Positions 52,620 through 64,000 of a DNA stretch of 64,000 bases are shown here, in pieces (position 1 is the stretch's first letter; every line of letters begins with the position of its first letter). The stretch is from Rhizophagus irregularis (Eukaryota): assembly GCF_026210795.1 (NCBI RefSeq), contig NC_089435.1:1054001-1118000 (forward strand), given 5' to 3'. Under the pieces are notes generated by a model. The model had not been told where the DNA came from and made no database searches. It saw only the letters and a program-made list of their open reading frames with translations. The position numbers and the translations under genes are program-made.

Positions 52620-54265
52620 AAAATTGTAGTGTTTATCCTTAAACATTTTTTTCTTTTTTAAAAGAGTAAACAATTGTATTAATTTCATGGACGATTATTT
52701 AAAAATTTTATAAATTTATGAGACATAATTACATCGCTAATTATTTGAACCACGTTTTTGTGCTGAGATAAAGCTGCTATATGAAATATTTGAAATATTG
52801 AAGACTTAAAAGGAATATTTTGTTACAAACGATAACGTATGTTTGTAAGATTATATAATAATATTCTTCTAAGATTATCACAACCCGCAACAGGTTGTAA
52901 ACCTTTAAAATATGTTGAGATTATAATCCCGAAAAAAAGATCATCTTTGATGTCAATGTATTAAATTAATTTCAAAGAGTAATAAACAAATAGAAAGAAA
53001 AGAAATGATATTTAATAAAACTTGTTTTGTCTTTCATCACTTTCATCATCAATATAAAATAAACTCGCTCAATATCATCCAAATCTTGTTACACAAACAG
53101 AAAAATCATTTAAAATTTCGCAATTAGACAAAATATTGAAAATAGTCATAATAGAATGGTTAATGATTGTAATAAGTACAGTATATATCAATTCCTTTTT
53201 TCCGTATTTTCCGATTGTTTTTACCACTTCAGCAAACCACAGTCAAAATGATGGTAGAGTCTAATAATAACATTACTTGAATTATGGGGAAAATCGCACA
53301 ATAAAATAAACCTTTCGTAAAAAAAAATTACTCATATCTTGTATTACATAAGTAACGTTTAAATAGGAAATTAATATGTTGCTTGTGGTAAGTAATAAGT
53401 ATGTTGAGGCGAATTTACTTTCCAATTTTTTTAATCACGAATTCAAAATTTCCTTCCATGAACTAATATAAAAATTGTGATATCTAGTGGAATCACGAAG
53501 TAAAAGATAAATGTATAAGTATTACTTTGTAAATTCCTAACAAGCATAATATGTTCTGTTTCAATATACTGCATCCTTGCGAGATATTCATCCTGGTTCC
53601 ACTATATAAATTCTGTTAAATATTATCCAAGGAAGAAATTTACCTGTGATAACACATGACGTACAGTAATATATCGAAACGAAAAAAATCTTTTTTAAAC
53701 TTTAAAAAAAATTAAACACGTCCATTTAAATACAATAAAGAATAGGGATTTATTATTCTCTAACTTTAATATAATTATTAATAATATGGTTATATGATTT
53801 AAATGTAAAAATTAAAATATAATGCAAAAATATTATATTGAGTCATAAAAATAAATAAATAAAAATTCTTTGCAACTTATTTTATTTAATCATAGTTTCT
53901 CCATAGTAGTTCATTAATATTATATACATCACATATAACTGATAAAAAATGTATAAAGTCAAGTTAGAAAATTTTTCACTAAAAAAAAAAGAACAACAAA
54001 AGAAATAAAATTCATAATTATACATCAAAAATCCCCACTTCTACTTGATCTCATATAAATTACTTTTCGTTAAAAAATAAATAAATTATATTATCAATTG
54101 TAACAATAATTTTAATAAAAGTCATTTTTCTTTTGAAATATAATTTTTTTGAACAAGTACACAATAATATCTTAAAATACCCATTTTATTATTAGAATAA
54201 GTTAAAGAACAACTTTCCTTATAGTAGCTTCCGTGTGATTTTATGTGATTCAACAGTTGAAGGGT
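52620..54265. repeat. Second copy of the 44480-45720 block with a different middle segment (about 52850-53530)
   Basis: Collinear identity on both sides of a non-matching internal segment. Confidence 0.8.
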
Positions 54266-55274
54266 ATAATGGTATAATACTGCTGGTTTTTATTACACTC
54301 TATAAAGTGTATATTAACCTAAATGTTAGAAAAAAAAATTATTAAAAATAAAAATTTGTAAGGAACGAACGGTCGAACGGTGGCTTAAAAAATTTTGATA
54401 ATATTTTTGGAATTCGCTGATCACATCACTTTTCTTTACGTAATAATCCCACACCATGCCTAATAAAAAAAAAGCAGGTATAACATGATCAGTCTTGGTT
54501 TTGGCTCATCATATGTTCTAATAAACATGCATACTGCGGGTGAATCTGCGAAGTTTCTCAAGAAAAGTTGCAGTTGATATATTTATTTAAATTTCTTGTT
54601 AACTAGTAAAAGTTACAATTACATCATAATTATTGCTTTCACGTTAGTCTTATGATTATAAATTTGAGAAACGATAAACAAACCAAATTGAGAAATATAT
54701 TCTTATTTTATAAATGAACCTAAATATATACTGATTGATTGACCATGATTTTTGACTATCCTTTAAAATCAACTCTCTTGATATCATCCAATTACATTGA
54801 GGCGCCAATGAGGCGCCTGAGGCGGCGTCCTTAATTAATTTAATTGACATTTGACATTTTCATTGTGTGGTGTATGTGGGTCAGCTACTCAGCTTTATAT
54901 GGTGAAGTACATATTGTTTGACATTATAAAACACCATATTGTTTAGCTTGAAGTACAAATCATTTTGTATTAATTGCATTAGATGCAAAGTGTTTATCAT
55001 CCTATTGGGACTTTGGAATTTCTTTTATAGAATTACTTAAATTTACACCATTTGAATTTAACTATTTTAACTAAATATGGAAAATCAATTCCACTTTCGT
55101 CAAACTGTATAAAATTATAATAATTATTATAATAATTAATAAAATTTATTAACGCGCTACATTAAATTTTTGTTAATTAATTTGTGTACAAATTTTTTAA
55201 TTTTAAAAAGAAATTGGCAACGAATTTTAATTAGTCAAAAAATTAATTAAGAATATTTATTTTAATATAAAATT

Positions 55275-55625
55275 ATTTTCCAGAATAAATGATTTCCCCG
55301 AATGTCATTTTCCTGAAAAATCGTTTCCCAAAAGTCCATTTTCCGAACCGGATCATTTTCCTGAAACTTTAATTTCCATAATATTAATATTCCGAATAGA
55401 TATTTTATTGGATTTATATAAAAATTTCTTTTTTTAGAATCGATTGTATTTATATCTAATAAATCATAATGACAAAAAAAGGAATTAATTCCTTAAATAT
55501 TTTCCCATGATTTTTAATAAAGCAATAATTCCTTAATCCCTGTTATTATTTATTATAAAAAAAAGGTGAAATTCGGAAAATTGGATATCATGAAATGGTA
55601 TATTTCAGTGGGAAACTGGCATTTT
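55275..55625. mobile_element. Degraded relative of the foldback MITE
   Basis: cattttcc(t/c)gaa repeats at 55290-55370 and inverted ttcggaaaa/tgaaatgg copies at 55570-55620. Ends unclear. Confidence 0.4.
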
Positions 55626-56272
55626 GTAGATCAGCCCAGTAAGGCTGCTCCAAATTAATTTTAGTTTGACGTTCTCCCTCCCCCCTGGCCCCTTTATTAT
55701 TAAAATTTCAAAGGTAATTTAAACACATATGTTTATACATGTTTAAAACACCCTCTCTCTTTTATAAAATTGAGCGATACCGAATATTTCCGATTTTATT
55801 AAAATATAATCTAATTGAATCCATTGGATCAACTCAATTTAATCCATTTAATCCAAACCGGATATTTAATTTATGAATCTGAGGCGTATTTGTGAATGCA
55901 TTCTACGTAGTAATAAGTAGTCCGGAGTAAAAAGGAAAGATAAAGAACTAAATTAAAATTCTGATAATAAAAAAAAAAATTGGATATATTGTTTGGTTGC
56001 GAAGTTGTGCTTTGGTTATGGATGAAAGAAAAATACACGTGGTTATAATGTTACGATTGGGTAAAACTCTCACGTGACTCAATTTTCATAAATTTCTTTT
56101 AACAAAAAAACGCAAACAAAGTTTAAGTTATTATTATATTTCAAAATGAAATTCTTCCTCACACTTCCTTACATTAAAAAATAAGATTTAATGCTCGGAT
56201 GATATTTTCTGTGATCTGCTGCTGTATTAACCTTTTTCCATTCTTGTTTTAAATTTACACCTTATATTTTAG

Positions 56273-56723
56273 ATACATTTATGATGGAAGAATTTTTTTA
56301 GAGAATATGATAATTCGAATATAATTAAAATCTTGGTCGCTAGAAGTAAACTTGGCCTCTAAGAACTGATCTCTTACTTACTACAATCTTTTTTGATTAA
56401 AGCTAAGTCAAATGGGATGGAACGAAGTTTTAATTTAATATATCAAACAAGCTTTGGGAATCATTCTTTTTTGAACTTCAATATTCTGTATTAATATGTC
56501 ATTCAAAAAGCCAGATAAATTAATTAAATTATCAAATTTCTTTTCAATCGAAGAAAACTCTATTATTCAAAGTAATGGTCGAAATTAAAATATAGGAACA
56601 TGTGTTTAAATGGGGGCTTACTCAAATCCGGGACTTCCTTCTGATTCTACAAATTGTTCATAAAAGATTTCGACATTTTGAAAGATACTTTACAACATTG
56701 TATTCCAATTTATTAAATTCTAT
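56273..56723 (+). pseudogene. BTB-BACK exon-2 remnant
   Basis: After TTTTAG: YIYDGRIF..EYDNSNIIKILVARSKLGL*ELISYL..MERSFNLIYQTSFGNHSF..EHVFKWGLTQ..PGLPSDSTN..DFDILKDTLQHCIP, with stops and frameshifts. Confidence 0.8.
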
Positions 56724-57381
56724 GATATTACCTATAAAAGAATTAAATGAATTAAACTCATTGGTCGCAGTAAACAAGCTACTATAGCCCAAACAGAACT
56801 AAAGGGAGAGAAGGTAGAAGATTTTGTTCGTATTGCTGATCGATCCTTATATAATTCATAATTTTTTTTGTATTTTTTTTTTCGTTTATAAAAATATTAC
56901 TAATACACTGTTATTTTTTAGTTAGATTGGATTTGAAAAAACAATATTTGACTATAGAACTGAGAGAAACATGTTGGAGCTCATGGTAATGTTGAGAAGT
57001 TTACCATTCCAATTCTTTAATGTCTCAGTTTTCGAAGGTATACTTTCACTTACTATTCTTTTAAGCTTTTTTATATAGTGAAACATTACTAACATTTCTG
57101 TTTATTTTTTTAGGAAATGGTCTGGTCTTTAGAGGTAACCTGAAATGTGAATGGACTCTTAGTAATGTTCAACACATTTAATTTTATTACAATAGCTTGT
57201 AATCAAAATATCAAAATTAATAAGATACTAGGTTAATAATCTATTAAATATAAATTAAGAAGCATTGTCTTATTGTTTCAACTTTCAAGTACATCATTTA
57301 AATTGATTCTTATAGACTATTAATAGAATTAAATAAACCAGCTTATCCTTTATTAATTTCTGGATTTTATATTATCAGTTA

Positions 57382-59387
57382 CTAGCTGGATGCCCGCGTT
57401 TCACGCGGGCCTGGCTAATTAAAATTATGAAAATCAGATACCTTTCTGCTAAGCTGTTATATAAAGTCTAGAATGGTTATTAGCATTAATTTAGAATTTT
57501 GTGGTAAATAGGGAATCATAGGCTGTGTATGGCAAGGGATTTTTATAGGTGCCGTCGGAATTGCCGAATTGAATTTACGGCGTTACGAAATATGGATTTT
57601 ACCATTTAAATATCTAACAAATCATCAAGATCAGCATTATAGATTTACGGATTACAAATTATCTTCGGCATAATAAAAAAAAAATATTTTACTTTCTTTG
57701 TGTAATTTTTGTATATTTAGCATTAAATAATTACGGCATTACGACGATTTAATATATTACGGTATAAACTTCATATGCCGTAGTGATTTTACAGCACTCA
57801 CAATCCTTGCGAAATATTTTAAAAGTTATTACATATTAATAGGAATATTAATCATTACAAAGTATAACAGATAATGAGTGTCAGTATAAATAATATGCAA
57901 TACATTTTTTATTATAATAGTTATTATAATAGTCATAGTGGTTCATTAGGAAGCCGGGCAAACCTAAAAAACATCCAAAGAATCATTAGACCTAAAAAAA
58001 GGTACCAAAATTTAAAAAAAGAAAAGAAAAAATGATTAGTAATTATGAAAAAGAATTTTTTAAAAAAAATTAAAAATATAATTCAAACTAACCTTCACTC
58101 TGAAAGGTACCACCAAAACCTAAAAAAGAGAAAAGGGTGTTCCCTACAAAAAAAAAGTTAAATTAGTGACATTTTTTAAAGTTTAAAATTCATTTTCAGA
58201 ACTTACCCAAAGTTCTCAAAAATTGATCATCTACTAAAAAAAGAAAAGAATGAATCATCAATAATGTATCGTTAAAGAAATAATGTTAGGAAAATATTAT
58301 TTACCAAAATTTACATCTGTCCAAGGTGTTGCAGTACTGTCTAAACTACAAAATATAGAACACAAAATGTTAGTTTTAATGTTTCATTTCATTAAGAAAT
58401 AAAAAAAATTAATGAAAAACACTTACAAATTCCATGTCTGGAAAGAGCCAAAGAACCACCCTACAGAATGCAAAAATAAACATTAGTAAACATTTTGTTA
58501 ACTAACATTATGTTAAAAGAAGCATTTTAAAAGAACCTACTAAAATTTCACACGTCCAGAATCATGAACAAACCATATAAAAAAGGAAGCAACATGATGT
58601 TAGTAAATGTTTTGTTAAAAAATTTTTCAAAGAAAAAATACTCACCACAATTCTGTTCGTGTATAAATTATTCCTTATTCAGTTATCTAAAAAAATGAAA
58701 AATCAAACTGTTAGAAATGTTTGATTAAAAGAAATGTATTAAATCCTTCCTTACCAAATTTCCACGCGTCTGAAGACAAACCAAGAAAACCACTGATACC
58801 TAAAAAAAGAAAGCTTTATTTTTTTGGTTTTTTTTTGGTTTATTGCATAGTTATTAAATACCTGTAATTGCTGTTATTAGAAATGTTCAATCCCCCTGGT
58901 AAAATCCTACTTTGAGAGCTGTGCTGGCATTAGAAATTAAAAATTAAATGTAAAAGAAAAGGTGTATTTTTTTTTAAAAGAAAGGGATTTTTTTTCGTCA
59001 TATGGGAAAATTCAGAAACTGAAAAATATATTTTTTTTTTAAAAAAAAAAGAAAATGCGTCGTATGGGAAAATCCAAAAAACTTTTTTTTAAAAAAAACA
59101 ATGACGATTGCTCAATAAATTTTTTATATTTTATATTACAATTAGTACTAATTGGATTAGTTGCTATAATTTGTTTTTACGCCAATCATTTATGCAGCCT
59201 AATTCAAAATTGTATTGGGATTAGAGCTGCTAATCAATGTCAAATGATGCGCCACTCCGAATCTATATAAAAATCTGTAGCACAGGGCGCAGACACATGA
59301 TAATGGACGATCCAATTTAAATCCACCTTTTTATGCAGGGTAGTCTTAACGTCACGGTCGCACAATGCTTTTTTTTATAGATAGAGA
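57382..59387 (-). mobile_element. Non-autonomous Helitron (about 2.0 kb)
   Basis: Minus strand A|TCTCTATCTATA... 5' end. The 3' end has the hairpin GCCCGCGT-GAA-ACGCGGGC followed by ATCCAGCTAG|T. No TSD; it lies just downstream of the BTB-TLDc stop codon. Confidence 0.9.
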
Positions 59388-59419
59388 TTATGAATAGCTT
59401 CTAATAATTTTTTGTTTAT

Positions 59420-61219
59420 TTATTCAATATAAACTTGACGACGTTTCAAAAAATATTTTAATAGTAACAATACCAAAATAACACCAATAACACCAAAAAT
59501 ATTACCTTGTTGATAAAAGTTGTAAATTATTGATGCAAAATAAAAAACAAAAGATATAACAGACGACAATACTAACATAAAAAATATTACTGGCAGAAGA
59601 ATAACAAATTTCCCAAGCATCCATTTAATAAATCGAATTACTCTCTTAAACATTCTATTGATAAATCGAAAAATTATATCAATAAATAGAAAAATGATGG
59701 ATTTATATCTATCATCAACAATTTGAAATACTTCATATTCTTCTATTTCAAAAGCTTCTTTGTTAATAACTTTCTTTTCATAAGAATGCTGCTTGCTTTT
59801 TCCGGCAATATTATTATTTAAAGAATAAACAAACAAATCATGTAATCCAAAACAAGGTCCTTTGTTTTTGCACCAAGTGATTGCTTCTCTTTTAGATGTG
59901 ACACGACTTAATACAGGTACTGTTCGGTTGGTTAATGAAAATATAAAACTATTTGATGATTTACGTTGATGGTTATTGTAAAAATCACAATTATGATATA
60001 ATATGGGACTCCTTTCATCTTCTAATATTTTAAAACTACGCCATTCCAATGGATTATATCCACCAATTATTTCACCTGAATCGTGAACTTTAATGACAAC
60101 AACTGTTGGTCCTTTATTATCACAATTCTCATGAAATTTCTTGATTTTAAAGTCTTCTTGACTTGCACGATAAATAAGTTCAAGTTTAAAAGGTATATTT
60201 TTAAAATTGTAAGATGCTCCACGTTTTTTATCAATCCAACTTGCTATCAATGCTGCATCTTTAGAATTAATAATTTTCGAGTCAAATAGAAATCTTGAGG
60301 GTAAAACATTGAATGTAGTTTTGAAATTAGAGTTTGATAAATATTGAAGAACTTCTCCATCAAGACCATCCGGTAAGATATCCTTAAATTGAGTCCTAAC
60401 TTTTGTATAATCATTGAATGACATTTGAAAGAATCGAATGTGAGGAATACAATTATGAATTATTTTTTCTAGATTTATAAAATCTATTGGTGTCCATTTA
60501 GTTATATCACCATCTAAAATAGAATTGGTATTTTCAATTCCCCATTTAATTAAATATTCCCAAATTTCAATCTCTTCTAATTCAAAATCATCACATTTTA
60601 AAAGTTGTATAAAGAAAGATTCTTCAATTTTTAAGTATTCCTCCGATTCAAAAATAATTTTAGGTTTACTACAAACTAATTCTAATACAAAATTATATAA
60701 ATTAATGAAATGACTATGTTGACTAACTTTGACAATATCTTTTGGTTGCCAGGCAGACCTATTTCCAGTTAAAGTTTCCTCAAGTTGTTGAAATACTTCA
60801 ATTAATTGAAGCTCATCCGCTGCGATAGCAACATCAATAAGATTAATTTCATTATTATCTTTAATATAAAGTAATCCTGTATAAATATACCTATTCGTGA
60901 TATTATTTTTGTAAATGATTAATGATTTTATTTTTTTTAAAAAAAATAATAATTAAATTGGAAAAAAATGTATTTACTTTATAATAACCTCAAACACCAA
61001 AGGTGAAATATTAGGTTTATTAAAAATGATGATTCCATCTTCTTTTCTTGCCCATCGTGCAGATAATCCATTTTTAAAATAGATTGACCTAGAAGATAAA
61101 ATTAACGAATGTGCTTTAAATTCCTTAATATTTTCTTCTTTACCAACTATAATTTTCACATCATAATCGTCAGGATTTTCAAGTAAATTTGAAAAATCTA
61201 TGGGCAATGTACAGTTCAT
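59420..61219 (-). CDS. BTB/POZ-BACK-TLDc protein with C-terminal hydrophobic segments, paralogue of 42520-44258; exons 61219-60978 and 60890-59420
   Basis: Same domains and intron position. Exon 2 was translated by hand from 60890 and is open, in frame with the 59420-60424 ORF. Confidence 0.92.
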
Positions 61220-61749
61220 ATTTTGTAAATTTAACAAAAAGACAATAAGCCTAAAGGCATCCGGTTTAAGAATTTATTAGTTTTATATCATTATTCTGTA
61301 CAACCGGTGCACAACCTAATGCACCACAAGGGGAAGGTGGGCTAATTTTTAAATTTAATTATTGATCGACAAAATTTCCCCCGCATTACACCAACATCGC
61401 CACTCAAAAGTGGTAGCCTGATTTATTTTTCGGTTACATATGCCGGTTACACGTGATTTCGATAATCATTTATTGACGTATTGATCTTTTCGGATAAATA
61501 TTTCTCTTCACCATAACTTTTTTATAAACTCATATTTAAATGAAGGGTCACGTAATAAGCCAAAACGACATCAAATTTTTAGTCATTAGAGAAATCACGT
61601 ATAACCGGAAAATAAGGCTATCGCTTTTCGGTGTGATGCTAAGGTCACTATCCGTGAAAATAAGATGAAGGTTCAGATCAACAAGCTGCAGCAGCATTAT
61701 ACTGTATATAAGGTTTACCGTTCAAAGTTCAAACGAATTGTTTTTTATT

Positions 61750-61917
61750 ATGAATGATAATAAACTTTTACGTAACTTATCCCAAAATTTACTTGAAATT
61801 TCAATTGATGATGAATATTATAATGTTATTATTGAAGTTGGCATTGATCCTTCATCCTTATATAAAGATATTTCGTGCTCATATGGTTATCTTACATTAT
61901 CGTTCCACTTATATAAA
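61750..61917 (+). pseudogene. 5' fragment of a BTB gene, frameshifted and truncated
   Basis: MNDNKLLRNLSQNLLEISIDDEYYNVIIEVGIDP / YIKIFRAHMVILHYRSTY. A catcctt duplication causes the frameshift, and similarity stops at 61917. Confidence 0.8.
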
Positions 61918-62861
61918 TGTTAGATTACAAAAATTATAAAAATTTACGAAAATAAGGAAAAATAACATTATTCTTCGTCGTCTATTACTGGGCATATAAT
62001 CTGATTATCTGTTATCCTGTTATTCATATAAGAATATCAACATTTGGTGCAGGTTATCTACATCTCGAAATTTTATTTTATTAAAACTTAATATTGTCAT
62101 GGGATATTTTTTTCTTATATTTTTTATTTTTTTATTTATTTTTATCTATTTATTTTAGCTATGTTACATAGAGTCATTTTCAGTTATTTTCAGTTATTTA
62201 GTGATTAGATAACAACGGAAGCTTAGCTGTGGGAAGGTGACTGAGTACAGGTGATACAGGTGGCTATATAGACAAAATATGCCCAGATCACCACAATTGG
62301 CCGGGTGGCAATTCTGTTTGAAAGACAGATTTGCACCAGAATTTTTAACAATATAAAAAAGCCGTTGTTGGAAGTGCGATTGGAGTAGTTCAGTTAGTCC
62401 TAAGTTTGAGTTAGTTTTGTATAGGTCTTATTTTCAACAGATAGATATACAGATATTACAGAGTGCCGATAGAGGCAGTAATATCGTATTTGTTCCATTG
62501 TTAATAAACCTGCCAATCTGGTTCCACATTACTTATATATGTTTTGTCATTTTTAACACACACTGTTTATTATTGTTTATTATCGTTTATTAACATTGTC
62601 TTTTATTATCATTTGTTAGTTTTTTGTTATATACCATTGATTATCCGTATACATAATATCACCAATCATTGTTATACACACACCACCTACCCTCAATCTA
62701 TCACGTTACTTATTATCGTTCACAATCGTTTATTATCATTTATCCGTATACATTTTTACCTTATCGCTTGTCATACATCATTATATTACCCTGTCATTTA
62801 TTAACCGATCCTTATATTTTTTCTGTTACTATCTATCAAACTTCAGAAACTGGTGGTAACA
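61918..62861 (+). mobile_element. Possible solo LTR
   Basis: Begins TGTTA exactly where the BTB fragment stops and ends TAACA, with an internal AATAAA near 62503 followed by T-rich sequence. Flanks ATAAA / ATATT are not a convincing TSD. Confidence 0.4.
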
Positions 62862-62967
62862 ATATTTACTGTATATTAATTGCATTAGTAAAAACTTTGG
62901 ATAAATACTAAATAAAATAAATGAATAATAATGATGATAAAACTATATTAAGGTAATCTTTTAACGT

Positions 62968-63060
62968 TAGGTCTGGTTCATTTCACCGACAATCACAAAC
63001 GTTTCACCGACAAGGTTATTTTACCGACAATCATTTCACTGACAATCATTTCACTGACAT
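62968..63060. mobile_element. One end of a foldback-type element related in design to 51631-52265
   Basis: Five copies of (ca)tttcac(c/t)gaca after AGGTCTGGTT. No matching opposite end found in the window. Confidence 0.5.
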
Positions 63061-64000
63061 AAAAAATAAATATCAATTGAGTATGAGATATTTTATTATA
63101 AAACTTTTTTTTTTAGATATTTAACGCCCAGTAAAGTACAAAAGAATATTGTATCACAAAGAATTTAATTCATCCATATATGGCTAACTTATATTGATAA
63201 AATCAAATAAAATTTTTCCGTTAAAAAAAGAACCAATAGAATGAAATGTAGTTGAAATCACCATACGTTTAAAGTCCGATATTGATGAATATGTACTGTA
63301 GATTTCCTTGCAGTTATCGTATTTATTACACTTTTGTTCCGAGAAATGATATCATATAATTATCAAATTTCAAAATATTAAAAATATTTTAGTCAATGTT
63401 ATAATAAAGTAGTATAAAAAAACAAACATTATTGATACTGCTTTCATAACGCAAACAGATTTTACGACCCATTTTATTACTAAAAAAGGAGAACGGCTGG
63501 GAAACACTTAAATTCTCTTGTACTAACATTGTATTGATATGAAATTGACAAAAAAATTTTTTTTTTAACTAATTTTAGTCACTTTGACCAATAGAAATGT
63601 AAATTTTTAATTTTTTTTTTTAAATCGATGTCGATCAAATGATCAGTGATCATAAGACATTCGACCAATCATCTTCTATTTCTATATTAAATTTCAAATT
63701 AACGCTCATTTTTATAAAAATTTTTAGTATGTACATGGTAAACAAGAAACCTTAACTTTTGTAACATGATGCTAATATTATGAATAAACATATTTACGTG
63801 ACATTCAATACAAAATGGCGCAATAATTCCAAAAATATGTAAAATGAAATATTGCAAATATTGCTTGCTCTTGGCCAGTTATTAACTAACAACTGTTTCT
63901 CCTGAACACCACGTAGAGGTGGCAAGCTTCGTTCAGGGTAAAAAAGAAATCACTCACCTATAATCTTATACAACCAGTTTATAATTAATAGGATTAAAAA

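Noticed and set aside
54795..54830. Three TGAGGCG motifs
   Set aside because: Too short to call a regulatory site or element end.
62544..62911. Two His/Tyr/Ile-rich ORFs
   Set aside because: Low-complexity TTAT-rich sequence in the putative LTR, with non-ATG starts.
1..64000. tRNA, rRNA or prokaryotic/HGT genes
   Set aside because: None recognised by eye; a covariance-model scan would be needed to exclude small RNAs.

Overview
AT-rich, intron-containing eukaryotic (fungal) DNA. The expanded families present are typical of arbuscular mycorrhizal fungi (Glomeromycotina, Rhizophagus-like; inferred from family content). They include tyrosine-kinase-like protein kinases with the CxxC...WCKxC...NFxNWTS...EWIPY N-terminus, BTB-BACK-TLDc proteins and F-box/LRR-like proteins. 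Apparently intact genes are: a kinase (29749-31393), two BTB-BACK-TLDc paralogues with hydrophobic C-terminal tails, one F-box/LRR-like gene, two small lineage-specific genes and the 3' end of a TLDc gene. A large modular kinase gene (9106-17029, minus) is built from seven tandem phase-0 exon modules, each about one kinase N-lobe, ahead of a single catalytic C-lobe exon. It is split by a 3.45-kb CTAG-ended insertion. There are several F-box and BTB pseudogenes and a dense mobilome: three hAT-type elements with 8-bp TSDs, a CCCTA (CACTA-type) element, a TA-TSD MITE, a foldback-type MITE, a clean non-autonomous Helitron, and a disabled Crypton-type tyrosine-recombinase element with a long terminal hairpin. 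The most unusual signal is that several unrelated non-autonomous elements carry arrays of 25-45 nt micro-exons separated by canonical short introns, with a shared exon motif and no evident ORF. Most short ORFs in the supplied track are artefacts of low-complexity sequence, antisense frames or non-ATG starts. All coordinates were read by eye and no searches were run.
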